From contig MTLY02000003.1 in NCBI GenBank assembly GCA_002011035.2, positions 1 to 64,000 of the forward strand: a stretch of 64,000 nt of DNA. Reading direction: 5' to 3'. Below are positions 10,652 through 19,536 of this stretch, piece by piece. This DNA is from Candidatus Hecatella orcuttiae (lineage in GTDB: Archaea; Thermoproteota; Bathyarchaeia; Hecatellales; Hecatellaceae). Every line of letters begins with the position of its first letter. Position 1 is the first letter of the stretch. The notes below the pieces were generated by a model that made no database searches, was not told where the DNA came from, and saw only the letters and a list, made by a program, of their open reading frames with translations. The position numbers were made by a program, and so were the translations under genes.

Positions 10652-11145
10652 AGACCACGGCTCTAACCCCCCAGCTGGAAGCCCTGCTCAGGGACTCCCC
10701 TTTCGCCTACCTCTGCACAGTGGACGCCTCCAACCAGCCTCATGTGACTCCCATCTTCTTCACCTTCGACTTCTCAGCCTCCTCCCTCTACTTCGCCGCG
10801 TTCTCCGCCACCAAAAAGCTGGCGAACCTCAGGGTTAACCATCGCCTGTCCCTCACCGTCGACATCCGAGACCCGGTGGACCCCCTCAACAACTTCGGCG
10901 TCCTCATCCGCGGGGAGGCTGAAATCCTAGGCTCCATGGCCTCCTTGGAGGAGAAAGAGCTGGAGGAGTGGAAGCCCCTGCTCAGCCGCTTCGAGGAGAA
11001 GTACCCCCGGTTTAGGGAGTGGCTGAGGGGAGCCCTAGCCGACGTCAAACCCGCCTGCCTCTGGTGGGTGAGAGTTAAGCCTTCGAAGATAACCGCGTGG
11101 AAAGGCCCTCGGTTCGAGGCGTTGGCCTCCCGCTGGGAGCAGTAA
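10648..11145 (+). CDS. Pyridoxamine 5'-phosphate oxidase-like split-barrel flavin/F420-binding protein (tandem paralog)
   Basis: AYLCT..PHVTPI.F, KK.ANLR.N..LSLTVD, GVLIRGEA; 4-nt overlap with the previous gene. Confidence 0.8.
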   Translation: MKTTALTPQLEALLRDSPFAYLCTVDASNQPHVTPIFFTFDFSASSLYFAAFSATKKLANLRVNHRLSLTVDIRDPVDPLNNFGVLIRGEAEILGSMASLEEKELEEWKPLLSRFEEKYPRFREWLRGALADVKPACLWWVRVKPSKITAWKGPRFEALASRWEQ

Positions 11146-11182
11146 ATCCTATATGGAGCCTCTTCTCCCAAGTTTTCCGGGG

Positions 11183-11464
11183 ATGAGGTTGAAGGCTAGA
11201 GCCCACGTCTTCGTCAGCGGCCGGGTTCAGGGGGTCTTCTTCCGCTGGGAAACCCGGGACGAGGCGGTGAGGCATGGGGTGAAGGGCTGGGTGCGCAACC
11301 TCCCCGACGGAAGAGTGGAAGCCGTTTTCGAAGGGGAAAAGGAAGCTGTGGAGAAGCTGGTGGAATTCTGCCGGCGAGGCCCCCCGGGGGCTAGGGTGGA
11401 AAAAATCCAACTCATCTGGGAGACGCCCGCCGGCGAGTTCGAAGGCTTCCACATCAGACGGTAA
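11183..11464 (+). CDS. acyP: Acylphosphatase
   Basis: GRVQGVFFR, GWVRNLPDGRVE, GPPGARV; start uncertain (11153/11183/11189). Confidence 0.95.
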   Translation: MRLKARAHVFVSGRVQGVFFRWETRDEAVRHGVKGWVRNLPDGRVEAVFEGEKEAVEKLVEFCRRGPPGARVEKIQLIWETPAGEFEGFHIRR

Positions 11465-11510
11465 AGGTTTAAAGCCTTCTTGGCGCCCTCCCTTGTGAAG
11501 GGAGGTAGAG

Positions 11511-11705
11511 TTGGGAGAAGTTTTCAAGCCTGAAAGGCTGACCCGCGCTAGGAAGAAGCCTCTGCTGCCCGACGCTCCGAGGGTTCCCTCTCCCCCGCAG
11601 CCTTTAACCCTCACCAGCCTCTACCAGGAAATCCTAGAACTCAAGGAGGAGCTGGAGAAGATCAAAACCGCCCTGAAAAGGCAGGGGATACTCCTAGAAG
11701 ACTAG
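11511..11705 (+). CDS. Small hypothetical coiled-coil protein
   Basis: GGAGG RBS before TTG start; heptad LYQEILELKEELEKIKTAL. Confidence 0.6.
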   Translation: MGEVFKPERLTRARKKPLLPDAPRVPSPPQPLTLTSLYQEILELKEELEKIKTALKRQGILLED

Positions 11706-11750
11706 GCAGCCTCAGAAAAGGCTTAAATAAAAAGGCCCCCACATTCTCCC

Positions 11751-11815
11751 GTTGATGATGAATTCAGCCTTGGCTGAGCCTTTGCGATGAGGAACTTCGA
11801 TGGGCGGACTGACCT
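11751..11815 (+). ncRNA. C/D-box 2'-O-methylation guide sRNA
   Basis: Box C ATGATGA 11755-11761, 12-nt guide, D' CTGA 11774-11777, C' GCGATGA 11784-11790, D CTGA 11809-11812. BRE/TATA GAAAAGGCTTAAATA about 25 nt upstream. D' guide is complementary over 10 nt to 16S at window 19-28. Confidence 0.88.
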
Positions 11816-11941
11816 CGTTTCCCCCATCCAGCCGACACGTAGACGATGGAGCCAGCTTCCAGCTTCTCCCAGAACAAAAACTTGAAGCTTGGCTGAAAAA
11901 TAGTGTGAAAAAGTGGCACATATGAGCATTGTTTTTTAAGC

Positions 11942-12499
11942 CTAGAAAACAGGTGGAAAAAACTCCTCGATCCTGATGAGGATGTTCCCCCCGTGGATGA
12001 TGTTGTAGGTCTTGGAAAGCAAAGACGTGCCTTCCCCAACTCTGAAGGACCTAGCCAACACTCCGGAGGCGGAAACCATGCGGATGCTCAGGATTTCCCT
12101 CCGAACCTCCAACCGATGCCGGGAAATAATCCTCCCAATGGGCAGGTCGGTGCAGGTGAGGTCCCGGCGTATCCCAGCGGCCAGCCTGCTCAACGCCGTC
12201 CACGACCGAGCTACGGCGAGAACCCTTGGGGGTCGAGGGTTCCTCAACTCCACCATCCTGTAGTTAACTCTGCTTCCCTTCGGCACCTGAAGCCACCGGG
12301 CAGTCTGGGCGTCGGCGGGGGCAACCCTGCGGCTCAGCGTCTTCACCACCACCGGCTTCCCGGTTAGGATTTCCAGAATCCGGGTGACGGAGCCGTCGGT
12401 GGTCAGGAGGATCTTCTGGCCTTCCCCCAGCTTCCTTCCCAGCTTCCTCTCCACGCGGCTCAGAGCCTTCAAAAGCTTAAGGTGGGTGAAGGTTTCCAT
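11942..12499 (-). CDS. Chorismate pyruvate-lyase family (DUF98/UbiC-like) protein
   Basis: ILLTTDGSVTRILEILTG, PIGRII..H.LE.RREI, I.E.FP. Confidence 0.85.
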   Translation of the reverse strand: METFTHLKLLKALSRVERKLGRKLGEGQKILLTTDGSVTRILEILTGKPVVVKTLSRRVAPADAQTARWLQVPKGSRVNYRMVELRNPRPPRVLAVARSWTALSRLAAGIRRDLTCTDLPIGRIISRHRLEVRREILSIRMVSASGVLARSFRVGEGTSLLSKTYNIIHGGNILIRIEEFFPPVF

Positions 12500-12645
12500 A
12501 ATCCCAAGGCACCCCTGTTTCCCAGCGCATAGATGGCTGTCGAACGTCCTTAATGTTTCTCTTCCCCTTCGAGGGAGAAAAGATAATAATCCGGAAGCTT
12601 CATGTATTTAACCACGCACGGCATCCTTCCATATGCCGGCTCAGC

Positions 12646-12724
12646 AGCGGGGTGGGGTAGCCAGGTTTAACCCGCGGGGCTCATAACCCCGAGATCCGTG
12701 GTTCAAATCCACGCCCCGCTACCA
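12646..12724 (+). tRNA. Initiator tRNA-Met (CAT), CCA encoded
   Basis: A1:U72 acceptor AGCGGGG/CCCCGCT, G:C-rich anticodon stem around CTCATAA, T-loop GGTTCAAATCC, ACCA end. Confidence 0.96.
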
Positions 12725-12971
12725 CTAAACTTCTGCTGTTCGGGCATGATTTGGATTTATTTTTGCTAAATATCTTGTTAAATGTAAATTTTATTCTATT
12801 TTTAAATGATGTTTAAATCTAATATTCTAGTTTGTAATTGTTTCTTTGAATTAATTAAGGCTATTAATAATAGTCCTATAAAGTCATATGTGTCCGTCTG
12901 ATAAAAAATCTTTCATGCACCCCTCTATTATAGGCAGGTCAAATTAAATATGACATTAAAGCAAGTTAGCT

Positions 12972-13613
12972 ATGATCGACATGCTCGAAATAATATTGTT
13001 CAGTATTTTTTTATTCGTTCTCCCCATTGTTCTTTTTATTATTCTATGGAAGTATATTAGACTAAAGTCCGAATTTTCAAGGATGGTTGCTGAAGGCGCT
13101 AACACTCTCGCTTCTAAAATGTATCAGGAGTGGGTTGAAAAAAAGATCGGCGAAGTTGAACAACAGAAAGATAGCGAGTACAAGTTATTATTTGAACAGT
13201 GGAAAGTTGAGTGTGAGAAAGACATTAGAGAGGATGCGATCAGGAGGTCGATAAGGACATTATTAGGCAAGGTATCAGAACAAATAGCCCCATTCCTCAT
13301 AGCTACAAAGCTTGAAGTTGACCTAAGAGACCTAAGATTCTTGGGGACTCCAATAGACTTTGTAGCATTTAAGGGTCTCTCTGAAAATGACCTTGAAGAG
13401 ATAATTTTTATCGAAGTTAAAAGTGGAAGTCCCCAGCTAACTAGGAGAGAAAGAATGGTGAAGGAAGCTATTGAGACTGGCAATATCTCATGGACATTGT
13501 TCCCTCTTAAAGAGGAGGTAGCCGAGGTCGGAGAGATAATCGAAGAAGAAATAGAAAAAGAAAGTGAAAGACAAATTAAACATAAGGAGGAGGAAGATGA
13601 AGAAGAGCTATAA
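12972..13613 (+). CDS. Membrane-anchored Holliday-junction-resolvase-like PD-(D/E)xK endonuclease (Endonuc_Holl family)
   Basis: N-terminal TM plus coiled coil; GKVSEQIAPF, RFLGTPIDFVAF.GL, IIFIEVKSG; AT-rich. Confidence 0.85.
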   Translation: MIDMLEIILFSIFLFVLPIVLFIILWKYIRLKSEFSRMVAEGANTLASKMYQEWVEKKIGEVEQQKDSEYKLLFEQWKVECEKDIREDAIRRSIRTLLGKVSEQIAPFLIATKLEVDLRDLRFLGTPIDFVAFKGLSENDLEEIIFIEVKSGSPQLTRRERMVKEAIETGNISWTLFPLKEEVAEVGEIIEEEIEKESERQIKHKEEEDEEEL

Positions 13614-13890
13614 TTACAATATGAATTATCTGTATTGAGTTTTTGTTATTTGAATTAATTATTTTATTAAATAATTGTTGGATGATAGTCTTGTGAAGCT
13701 ATATTTCATTATTTTAACCATTTTATTCTTATATGAATCAGCCATTCCTTCTCTGTCTTTAACTTCCAATGTCTCACAGTTAGATGCCAATTCCTCGAAT
13801 CTTCAACTCAGTTTGTCCCGAGCATATCTTCCCTCACTGTATACTTTCAATAGGTATACTGATCATGAACCTCATAAAAGCCTTAGAGTT

Positions 13891-14196
13891 CTAAATATTC
13901 AGTTTTACGTAGCCTTTCTTTTTAAGCCAGTATCTCTGGTTTTTCATGTACCGCCAGACGATGTCGCCGCGTTTGGAGTCAAACTCCCATGGAGAAACCA
14001 AAACGAGGTCGCCTACCCTTATCCAGACTCGGCGTTTAAGCTTCCCCACGATGCGGCAGAGCCTCTCCTTGCCGTCTTCGCAGTTAACCAGAATGCGGTC
14101 GTAGCCGTACATCTTGACGGCCATCCCGAAAACCTGGCCTTCGCCTGGGAGGATGAGGTCTTGAAGCTCCTCTTCGCTCAGCACCTTCCTCTTCAA
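13891..14196 (-). CDS. eif1A: Translation initiation factor aIF-1A
   Basis: C.DGKERLCRI.GKLKRRVWIR.GD.VLVSPW.F, GDIVWRY. Confidence 0.92.
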   Translation of the reverse strand: MKRKVLSEEELQDLILPGEGQVFGMAVKMYGYDRILVNCEDGKERLCRIVGKLKRRVWIRVGDLVLVSPWEFDSKRGDIVWRYMKNQRYWLKKKGYVKLNI

Positions 14197-15608
14197 GCCG
14201 CCTCAGCTCCCCCTTCCCGCCTGCGGCTAGGCCTCCTTGGAGGCCGGCGGCTTCCCCGCTTCCTGTAGCATTCCCGGCAGTAGGTTGCCCTGCCTTCTAG
14301 GGGCTTGAAGGGAACCTCCGCCTTCCTGCCGCATTCCGAGCAGGTAACAGGGTACATTCTCCTTTCTTTCTGTTCGCTGAAGCCCAGTATTCTGCCGCAG
14401 TCCGCGCACTTGCAGAGGTTTCCCACGGTGAGGAAGTTGACCCATCTTTCGCATCGGGCGCAGTATTTCTGGATAGAACTACTGGGAGACGCTTCCCCCC
14501 CTTCCCGGTACGCCGGCTTTATAACCGCCGACGTGCGGTCCTGTATGCGCGTGAAATCCTCTAGCTCCCTGGGGGAAACTAGGATGAAGGACTTACCTGC
14601 ACCCCCTGCCCTCGCCGTCCGGCCGACCCTGTGAAAGTAGATCAGCGGATTCTTCGGGACGTCGTAGTTTATGACAGCGTCCACATGCGGGATGTCCAAT
14701 CCTCTGGCTGCGATGTCCGTGGCTACGAGGATTCTGAGCCTCTTCCCCCGGAACATCTCCATGACCCTGTCGCGCTGGTTTTGGCTGAAGCCGCTGTGAA
14801 GGGCCTCCACGCCGGGAAACCGCCTCCTAAGGCTTCCAGCCAGCCTGTCGACGCGGGCCTTTGTGGCGCAGAAGACGATGGCGGTGGAGGGTTTTTCCCG
14901 GCCTAGGATTTCAGCCAGCGCGCTCAGCTTGGATTTTTCATCCGCAGTCGCATATCTCTGGTCTAAGGTCTCCACAGAAGGCTCGTCGGAGTCCACCAGT
15001 ACCTTCTCAGGGTTCTTCATGTACCTCCCGGACAGGCGGATGATCTCCCCGGGCATGGTGGCTGAGAAAAGGCTTAACTGCCTTGAGCTGGGGGTCTTCC
15101 CTAGGATATATTCGATGTCCTCAATGAATCCCATATCCAGCATGGTGTCCGCCTCATCCAAGACCACAAAGTTCACTCCCCCCAACGAAACAGCCCCCCT
15201 GCGGATGAGGTCGATGGTCCTTCCCGGGGTTCCCACCAGAACTTGCACGCCCTCTTCCAGACGGCGAAGCTGAACACCAATGGGCTGACCTCCGTAGACT
15301 GCTGCGACCTGGATGCCGGTGTATTTTCCCATCCGCCTGATTTCACGGGCAACCTGAACGGCTAACTCCCGCGTCGGAGTGAGAACCAGCCCTTGGATGC
15401 GCCTGTCTCCAGCGTCTAATCTGTGAAGCATGGGGACGGCGTAGGCGGCGGTTTTACCTGTGCCAGTTTTCGCCTGGCCTATGAGGTCTCTTCCCTGCAG
15501 CAGGGGGCTTATCGCCCGCTCCTGGATGGGGAACAGCTCCATGAACCCTAAACTGTCAAGCCCCCTGACTATTCTGGGGTCTAAGCCAAATTCTTGAAAT
15601 TCACTCAT
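14193..15608 (-). CDS. DEAD-box RNA helicase with C-terminal zinc ribbons (incl. CxxC-x17-CxxC)
   Basis: Q motif, AKTGTGKT, PTRELA, DEAD, SAT, ARGLD, HRVGRTARAG; C-terminal CARC..CADC and CSECG..VPFKP...YCREC. Confidence 0.95.
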   Translation of the reverse strand: MSEFQEFGLDPRIVRGLDSLGFMELFPIQERAISPLLQGRDLIGQAKTGTGKTAAYAVPMLHRLDAGDRRIQGLVLTPTRELAVQVAREIRRMGKYTGIQVAAVYGGQPIGVQLRRLEEGVQVLVGTPGRTIDLIRRGAVSLGGVNFVVLDEADTMLDMGFIEDIEYILGKTPSSRQLSLFSATMPGEIIRLSGRYMKNPEKVLVDSDEPSVETLDQRYATADEKSKLSALAEILGREKPSTAIVFCATKARVDRLAGSLRRRFPGVEALHSGFSQNQRDRVMEMFRGKRLRILVATDIAARGLDIPHVDAVINYDVPKNPLIYFHRVGRTARAGGAGKSFILVSPRELEDFTRIQDRTSAVIKPAYREGGEASPSSSIQKYCARCERWVNFLTVGNLCKCADCGRILGFSEQKERRMYPVTCSECGRKAEVPFKPLEGRATYCRECYRKRGSRRPPRRPSRRREGGAEAA

Positions 15609-15775
15609 TCTATTTTGACACTCCTCGGCAAAACTTAGTTTTCTTCCAACGGCATCAGAACCGAAAAGAAAACGGCTTTGCGTGCAAAACTATTAGCTTG
15701 GTGGCTATTAAACGTTTAGAAGGAAAAACAGGGATGCTAATTAAAAACAGCCTCCCGCAGGCTCTGTTTCCCCTG

Positions 15776-16462
15776 CTATCCGGAGCTGAGGGCTATGTCC
15801 CTGATGACGTCAGCCACATCCTCGCATCTGTCAGCCACGTTCTCCATCTCGTCTATTATCTCTTTCAGCAGCAGACACTGGCCGACAGCCTTCCAGTCGT
15901 TACACCAGCTTAAAAACTCCGGAACCACAGACTCCACCCTGAAGTCGTCGATGCGCTCTTCCAGGTTCTCAACCCTCTGAGACATCTGAATGGCGAGGTT
16001 AGTTTTCTTCGTCAACGCCTCGAAGGCAGCGTTCACATCCCCGGTGATCTTCAGAAGGTTGTCGGCGAAGATTTTGAGGATCTCCCTCAGATTTGGAGTC
16101 AAGTTTTCCGGGGATATGAAGTTCAGCTTTCTGGCAGCGGCCTTCGCGTAGGCGGCTATGTCGTCGGAGGTCATGGTAAGCCGGATGATCTCATCCCGGT
16201 TGATGGGGTGAAACAGGCCCTTGGAAAGCTCTTCTAGGATGGCTCTTTTTATTTCGTCAGCTTCCTTTTCACGCTCGAAAACTTCGTTGAAACATTTGTC
16301 CACTCCTTTTCGGTCGAGCTTGTGGAAGGCTTCGAAGGCCTTATGCATCTCCTCCACCACTTGGAGGATTTTTTTGAGGTGAGTTTTACACAGCTCCAGA
16401 ATTTTCTTATCCCTCTCCCTGCCCAGCCATATGATGGAGCTTGTGGATTTGAAACGGGACAT
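15776..16462 (-). CDS. DUF47 phosphate transport regulator (Pit accessory)
   Basis: EKEADEIKR, P..RDEI..L....DDIA, ENVADRCEDVAD; downstream of pit. Confidence 0.9.
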   Translation of the reverse strand: MSRFKSTSSIIWLGRERDKKILELCKTHLKKILQVVEEMHKAFEAFHKLDRKGVDKCFNEVFEREKEADEIKRAILEELSKGLFHPINRDEIIRLTMTSDDIAAYAKAAARKLNFISPENLTPNLREILKIFADNLLKITGDVNAAFEALTKKTNLAIQMSQRVENLEERIDDFRVESVVPEFLSWCNDWKAVGQCLLLKEIIDEMENVADRCEDVADVIRDIALSSG

Positions 16463-16474
16463 CCTACTCTGACC

Positions 16475-17488
16475 TTATAATGTTATGAGGACGGAAGCCA
16501 ATTTAAACATAGACCAACTTATAAGGATGACGCAGGGAATAGTTAAAACCCACGTCAAAACGATTTTAACGATAACCCTAGGGCCCATCGTCTTCAACCC
16601 CGTGACCAACCCCACGCCGATGATGGCCCCCACACTGCTGTGGGTGGTGGAGATGGGCAGACCCCAACCGAAGAGGACATAGGGAACGGTGGTGAAACTC
16701 CAAACTACGAGGGCGTTGGACAGCTCCGCAGCCAGCCCCGAGGTCAACGTCAACCGGGTGATGCTGTAGCCCACTGTGCGGATAACCCTGTAACCCCAAG
16801 TGAAGCCGCCCAAGGCAATACCTGCACTGCCAAGAGCCGCCAGCAGAAGCATCGTCTCCGCGGTGGGCAGCCCGACGAATTCTTCAGTCACCGAGACGTA
16901 GACGCCTGTGGCATTACCCACGTCGTTGGCTCCGAAGGAGTAGGCTGAAAAAGCCAAGGCTCCTATTAGCGAGTATCTGACGACCTGCTCCATTCTTCGG
17001 GTGGATGAAAACTTCCCCAGCAGCGATCTTAACCCCAGATAAAGCAAAGCAGCGCAGACAAGGGAGAGAAGAGGAGACAGAAGGATGCCTAAGAAAACCT
17101 TGAAGAGAACCCCCCAGTTGAGGTTCGCTCCGTAGGCGATGAGCCCGTAGCCGATGACGCTGCCGACGGTGGTGTGGGTGGTGGAGACAGGTATGCCCTT
17201 CCAAGTGCAGAGGACCAGCCAGAGGACGATGGAGAGCACCACCGTGAAGGCCGCCAGCGGGTCGATGTGGGGAACTATCCCCCGGGAAAGAGTTTTCATC
17301 ACCATGTGCCCCTGCAGCAGAGCGCCCAAAGCCACAAACACCGAGAAAAGAGCTATGGCCTTGCGCAGCGTAATAGCCCCGCTGCCCACGGCGCACTCCG
17401 TCGGATTAGCAGCGTCGTTGGCGCCCAGAGACCACGCTATCGACAGAGCGAGCACAAGTCCGACGATGAAAACCCAGACCTCAATCAA
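16475..17488 (-). CDS. pitA: Inorganic phosphate transporter (PiT family)
   Basis: Two GAND signature repeats (GANDAAN, GANDVGN) and PVSTTH/PISTTH. Confidence 0.95.
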   Translation of the reverse strand: MIEVWVFIVGLVLALSIAWSLGANDAANPTECAVGSGAITLRKAIALFSVFVALGALLQGHMVMKTLSRGIVPHIDPLAAFTVVLSIVLWLVLCTWKGIPVSTTHTTVGSVIGYGLIAYGANLNWGVLFKVFLGILLSPLLSLVCAALLYLGLRSLLGKFSSTRRMEQVVRYSLIGALAFSAYSFGANDVGNATGVYVSVTEEFVGLPTAETMLLLAALGSAGIALGGFTWGYRVIRTVGYSITRLTLTSGLAAELSNALVVWSFTTVPYVLFGWGLPISTTHSSVGAIIGVGLVTGLKTMGPRVIVKIVLTWVLTIPCVILISWSMFKLASVLITL

Positions 17489-17767
17489 GGGGCGTTCTCC
17501 TCAGAAGGATGGACGATGAAATCTGCATTGGAGGAAAAGGTTGGTCTGAGAGGCTTAGAGCAAAAGGATGCGCGGCGGCTTGCACGCGGGGATTGGAGAC
17601 GGTAAGGTATGCAGCCGGCTTTTTTTATTCTTCCACACCTTTGGAGGCGTGAGTTAGACTTCGAGGGCTGAGAGGGTGGTTTAGATATATAGAGATTTTC
17701 GACGTAAACTCAATAGGGGAAAAATAGATATATAGGCTCTATAGACTATATCGACGAGGCACCCGTC

Positions 17768-18802
17768 ATGAACCACCCGTCTGAATGGAGAAAAATCCAA
17801 CTCACAGGGGGCTCCACCTACGTCGTCTCCCTGCCCAAAGAATGGGCCAAGGAAGTCGGATTAACCCCCGGAAGCCCCGTGGCCTTACTCCGCCAACCAG
17901 ACGCCTCCCTCCTCATCGTCCCGGAAGGAGACACGAAGCGAGAGAGCTTTGAGGAAACACTTCTCGAGGTATCCCCCAAGGTGGACCCGGAGGTGGTTGT
18001 CCGCGATTTTATAGCCCGCTACCTTGTCGGCTACGACCTCATCCAAGTGAAGTTCGGGCTTCAGACCACCAGACACCGGGATGCTTTGAAGAAGATCATC
18101 AAAGGGAAACTGATGGGCGTAGAGATAATAGAAGAATCCGCCGACGGGCTGACGGCGCAGTGTCTGCTAGGCTACAAAGAACTCCCAGTGGACCGGGCGT
18201 TGAACCGCATGAGCGTGCTGGCCTCCCTCATGCATAAGGATGCCTTGGCAGCCTTGACCAACTGGGACCACATGCTGGCCCATGAGGTTGTGCTCCGCGA
18301 CGACGAAGTGGACAGGTTCTACTTTTTCATGGTCCGGCAGCTGAAAAAGGCAGTCTACAACAGGGCGATGATCAGGGAGTTCGGCTTGGCGACTCCCCGG
18401 GACTGCCTCGGCTATAGGCTTATAGTGAAAAGCATAGAGAGGGTCGCTGACCACGCGGCCAGAATAGCCCACACGGTCCTGACAATGGACGGCTTGCCCG
18501 ATGAGAAATATTTGAGGGGGATAACCGCCATGAGCTCCCTGTCTCAGGAGGTCTACGCCGACTCCCTTAAGGCCCTCTACAAGGCGGATATAAAGCTCGC
18601 CCACGAAACCATAGCGAAGACCCGACAGATAGGGGCTTTAGAGGACGAGATCGTAGAACAGCTGCTGAACTTCAGACTGGCGAACACGCTTCTCATCAAG
18701 CTGCGGGTGGTCATAGAGAGCATCAGGAGAACAGCTGAATACGGAGCTGACATAGCTGAGATAATCCTCAACCTCAACGCGGATAAAACCGTCAAATATT
18801 GA
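17768..18802 (+). CDS. phoU: Archaeal phosphate uptake regulator (AbrB-type DNA-binding + PhoU domains)
   Basis: RKIQLTGGSTYVVSLPKEW; DDEVDRFY; IERVADHA; SIRRTAEY..DIAE. Confidence 0.92.
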   Translation: MNHPSEWRKIQLTGGSTYVVSLPKEWAKEVGLTPGSPVALLRQPDASLLIVPEGDTKRESFEETLLEVSPKVDPEVVVRDFIARYLVGYDLIQVKFGLQTTRHRDALKKIIKGKLMGVEIIEESADGLTAQCLLGYKELPVDRALNRMSVLASLMHKDALAALTNWDHMLAHEVVLRDDEVDRFYFFMVRQLKKAVYNRAMIREFGLATPRDCLGYRLIVKSIERVADHAARIAHTVLTMDGLPDEKYLRGITAMSSLSQEVYADSLKALYKADIKLAHETIAKTRQIGALEDEIVEQLLNFRLANTLLIKLRVVIESIRRTAEYGADIAEIILNLNADKTVKY

Positions 18803-18891
18803 GCCGCCGGCTTCGTCTTCAAGTTGGCAGGGAAACCGGCAAAATAGGTTTGCAGGTAAGGCTGAGAGAGCTCAAGGGTCGAGGCCGCCGT

Positions 18892-19173
18892 TCAGCTTGT
18901 TTTGTGGATGGAGTACAGAAGTATAAGGAATCCGATCAGCGTGAAACTCGACCTGAAGGCATGGGCTTCACCCAGCGACAGTCCTGCCACCTCGAAGAGC
19001 ACGCCCTCCAACAGGGAGGCTATTCCTAGTATTCCGAAGCCTAGGGCGGCTGAAAGCATGGCTTTGCTGCGGCTTTTCCGGTAGCCTCCGTAGGCCAGAG
19101 TTACGAGGACCAAGGCGACAGCAAGGGACAGAAGCTCCACCAGCCTGATGTACCAGAAGAGGGCTGAAGCCAT
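18892..19173 (-). CDS. Small 3-TM membrane protein paired with HTH regulator
   Basis: 93 aa hydrophobic; LAY.GYRK...AML..ALGF; co-oriented 6 nt downstream of the HTH gene. Confidence 0.75.
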   Translation of the reverse strand: MASALFWYIRLVELLSLAVALVLVTLAYGGYRKSRSKAMLSAALGFGILGIASLLEGVLFEVAGLSLGEAHAFRSSFTLIGFLILLYSIHKTS

Positions 19174-19179
19174 TTTCTT

Positions 19180-19536
19180 TCACCTACTCATGTACCTCCA
19201 GAACCTCATGAACCTGTCCAAGAGGTCTTCGTTGGGCACCAAGTCCACCTCCAGACTTCCCCCTCCATACTTCACCGTGACGGATTTGACCATGCTCCTA
19301 TACAACGTGTATCTTCCCCCACTGTTCATCAAGACGGAACGCTCACCCGTGAGAAGACCCAGGCTGCTCAGCTCTTCCAAGTACCGATAGACGCTTCGAA
19401 CCGGTATTCCGAGCTCTCCTGAGAGTTCGGAGGCGGATTTCGCCCGAGCAATGGTGGCGGAAACTATCTCCCGGACATGGCGGTCTGACACGGCCTTCGC
19501 CACCCTTTCTTTCATAGCCGGGTCGTTAATCTGCAT
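19180..19536 (-). CDS. Winged-helix (ArsR-like) transcriptional regulator
   Basis: KSASELS.ELGIP.RSVYRYLEEL...GLL; divergent from the molybdoenzyme operon. Confidence 0.85.
   Translation of the reverse strand: MQINDPAMKERVAKAVSDRHVREIVSATIARAKSASELSGELGIPVRSVYRYLEELSSLGLLTGERSVLMNSGGRYTLYRSMVKSVTVKYGGGSLEVDLVPNEDLLDRFMRFWRYMSR

Noticed and set aside
13614-14268. 197-aa plus-strand ORF 13675-14268, and an att-like tRNA 3' duplicate closing the islet
   Set aside because: The ORF is antisense to aIF-1A with no motifs; I found no repeat of the tRNA 3' end by eye
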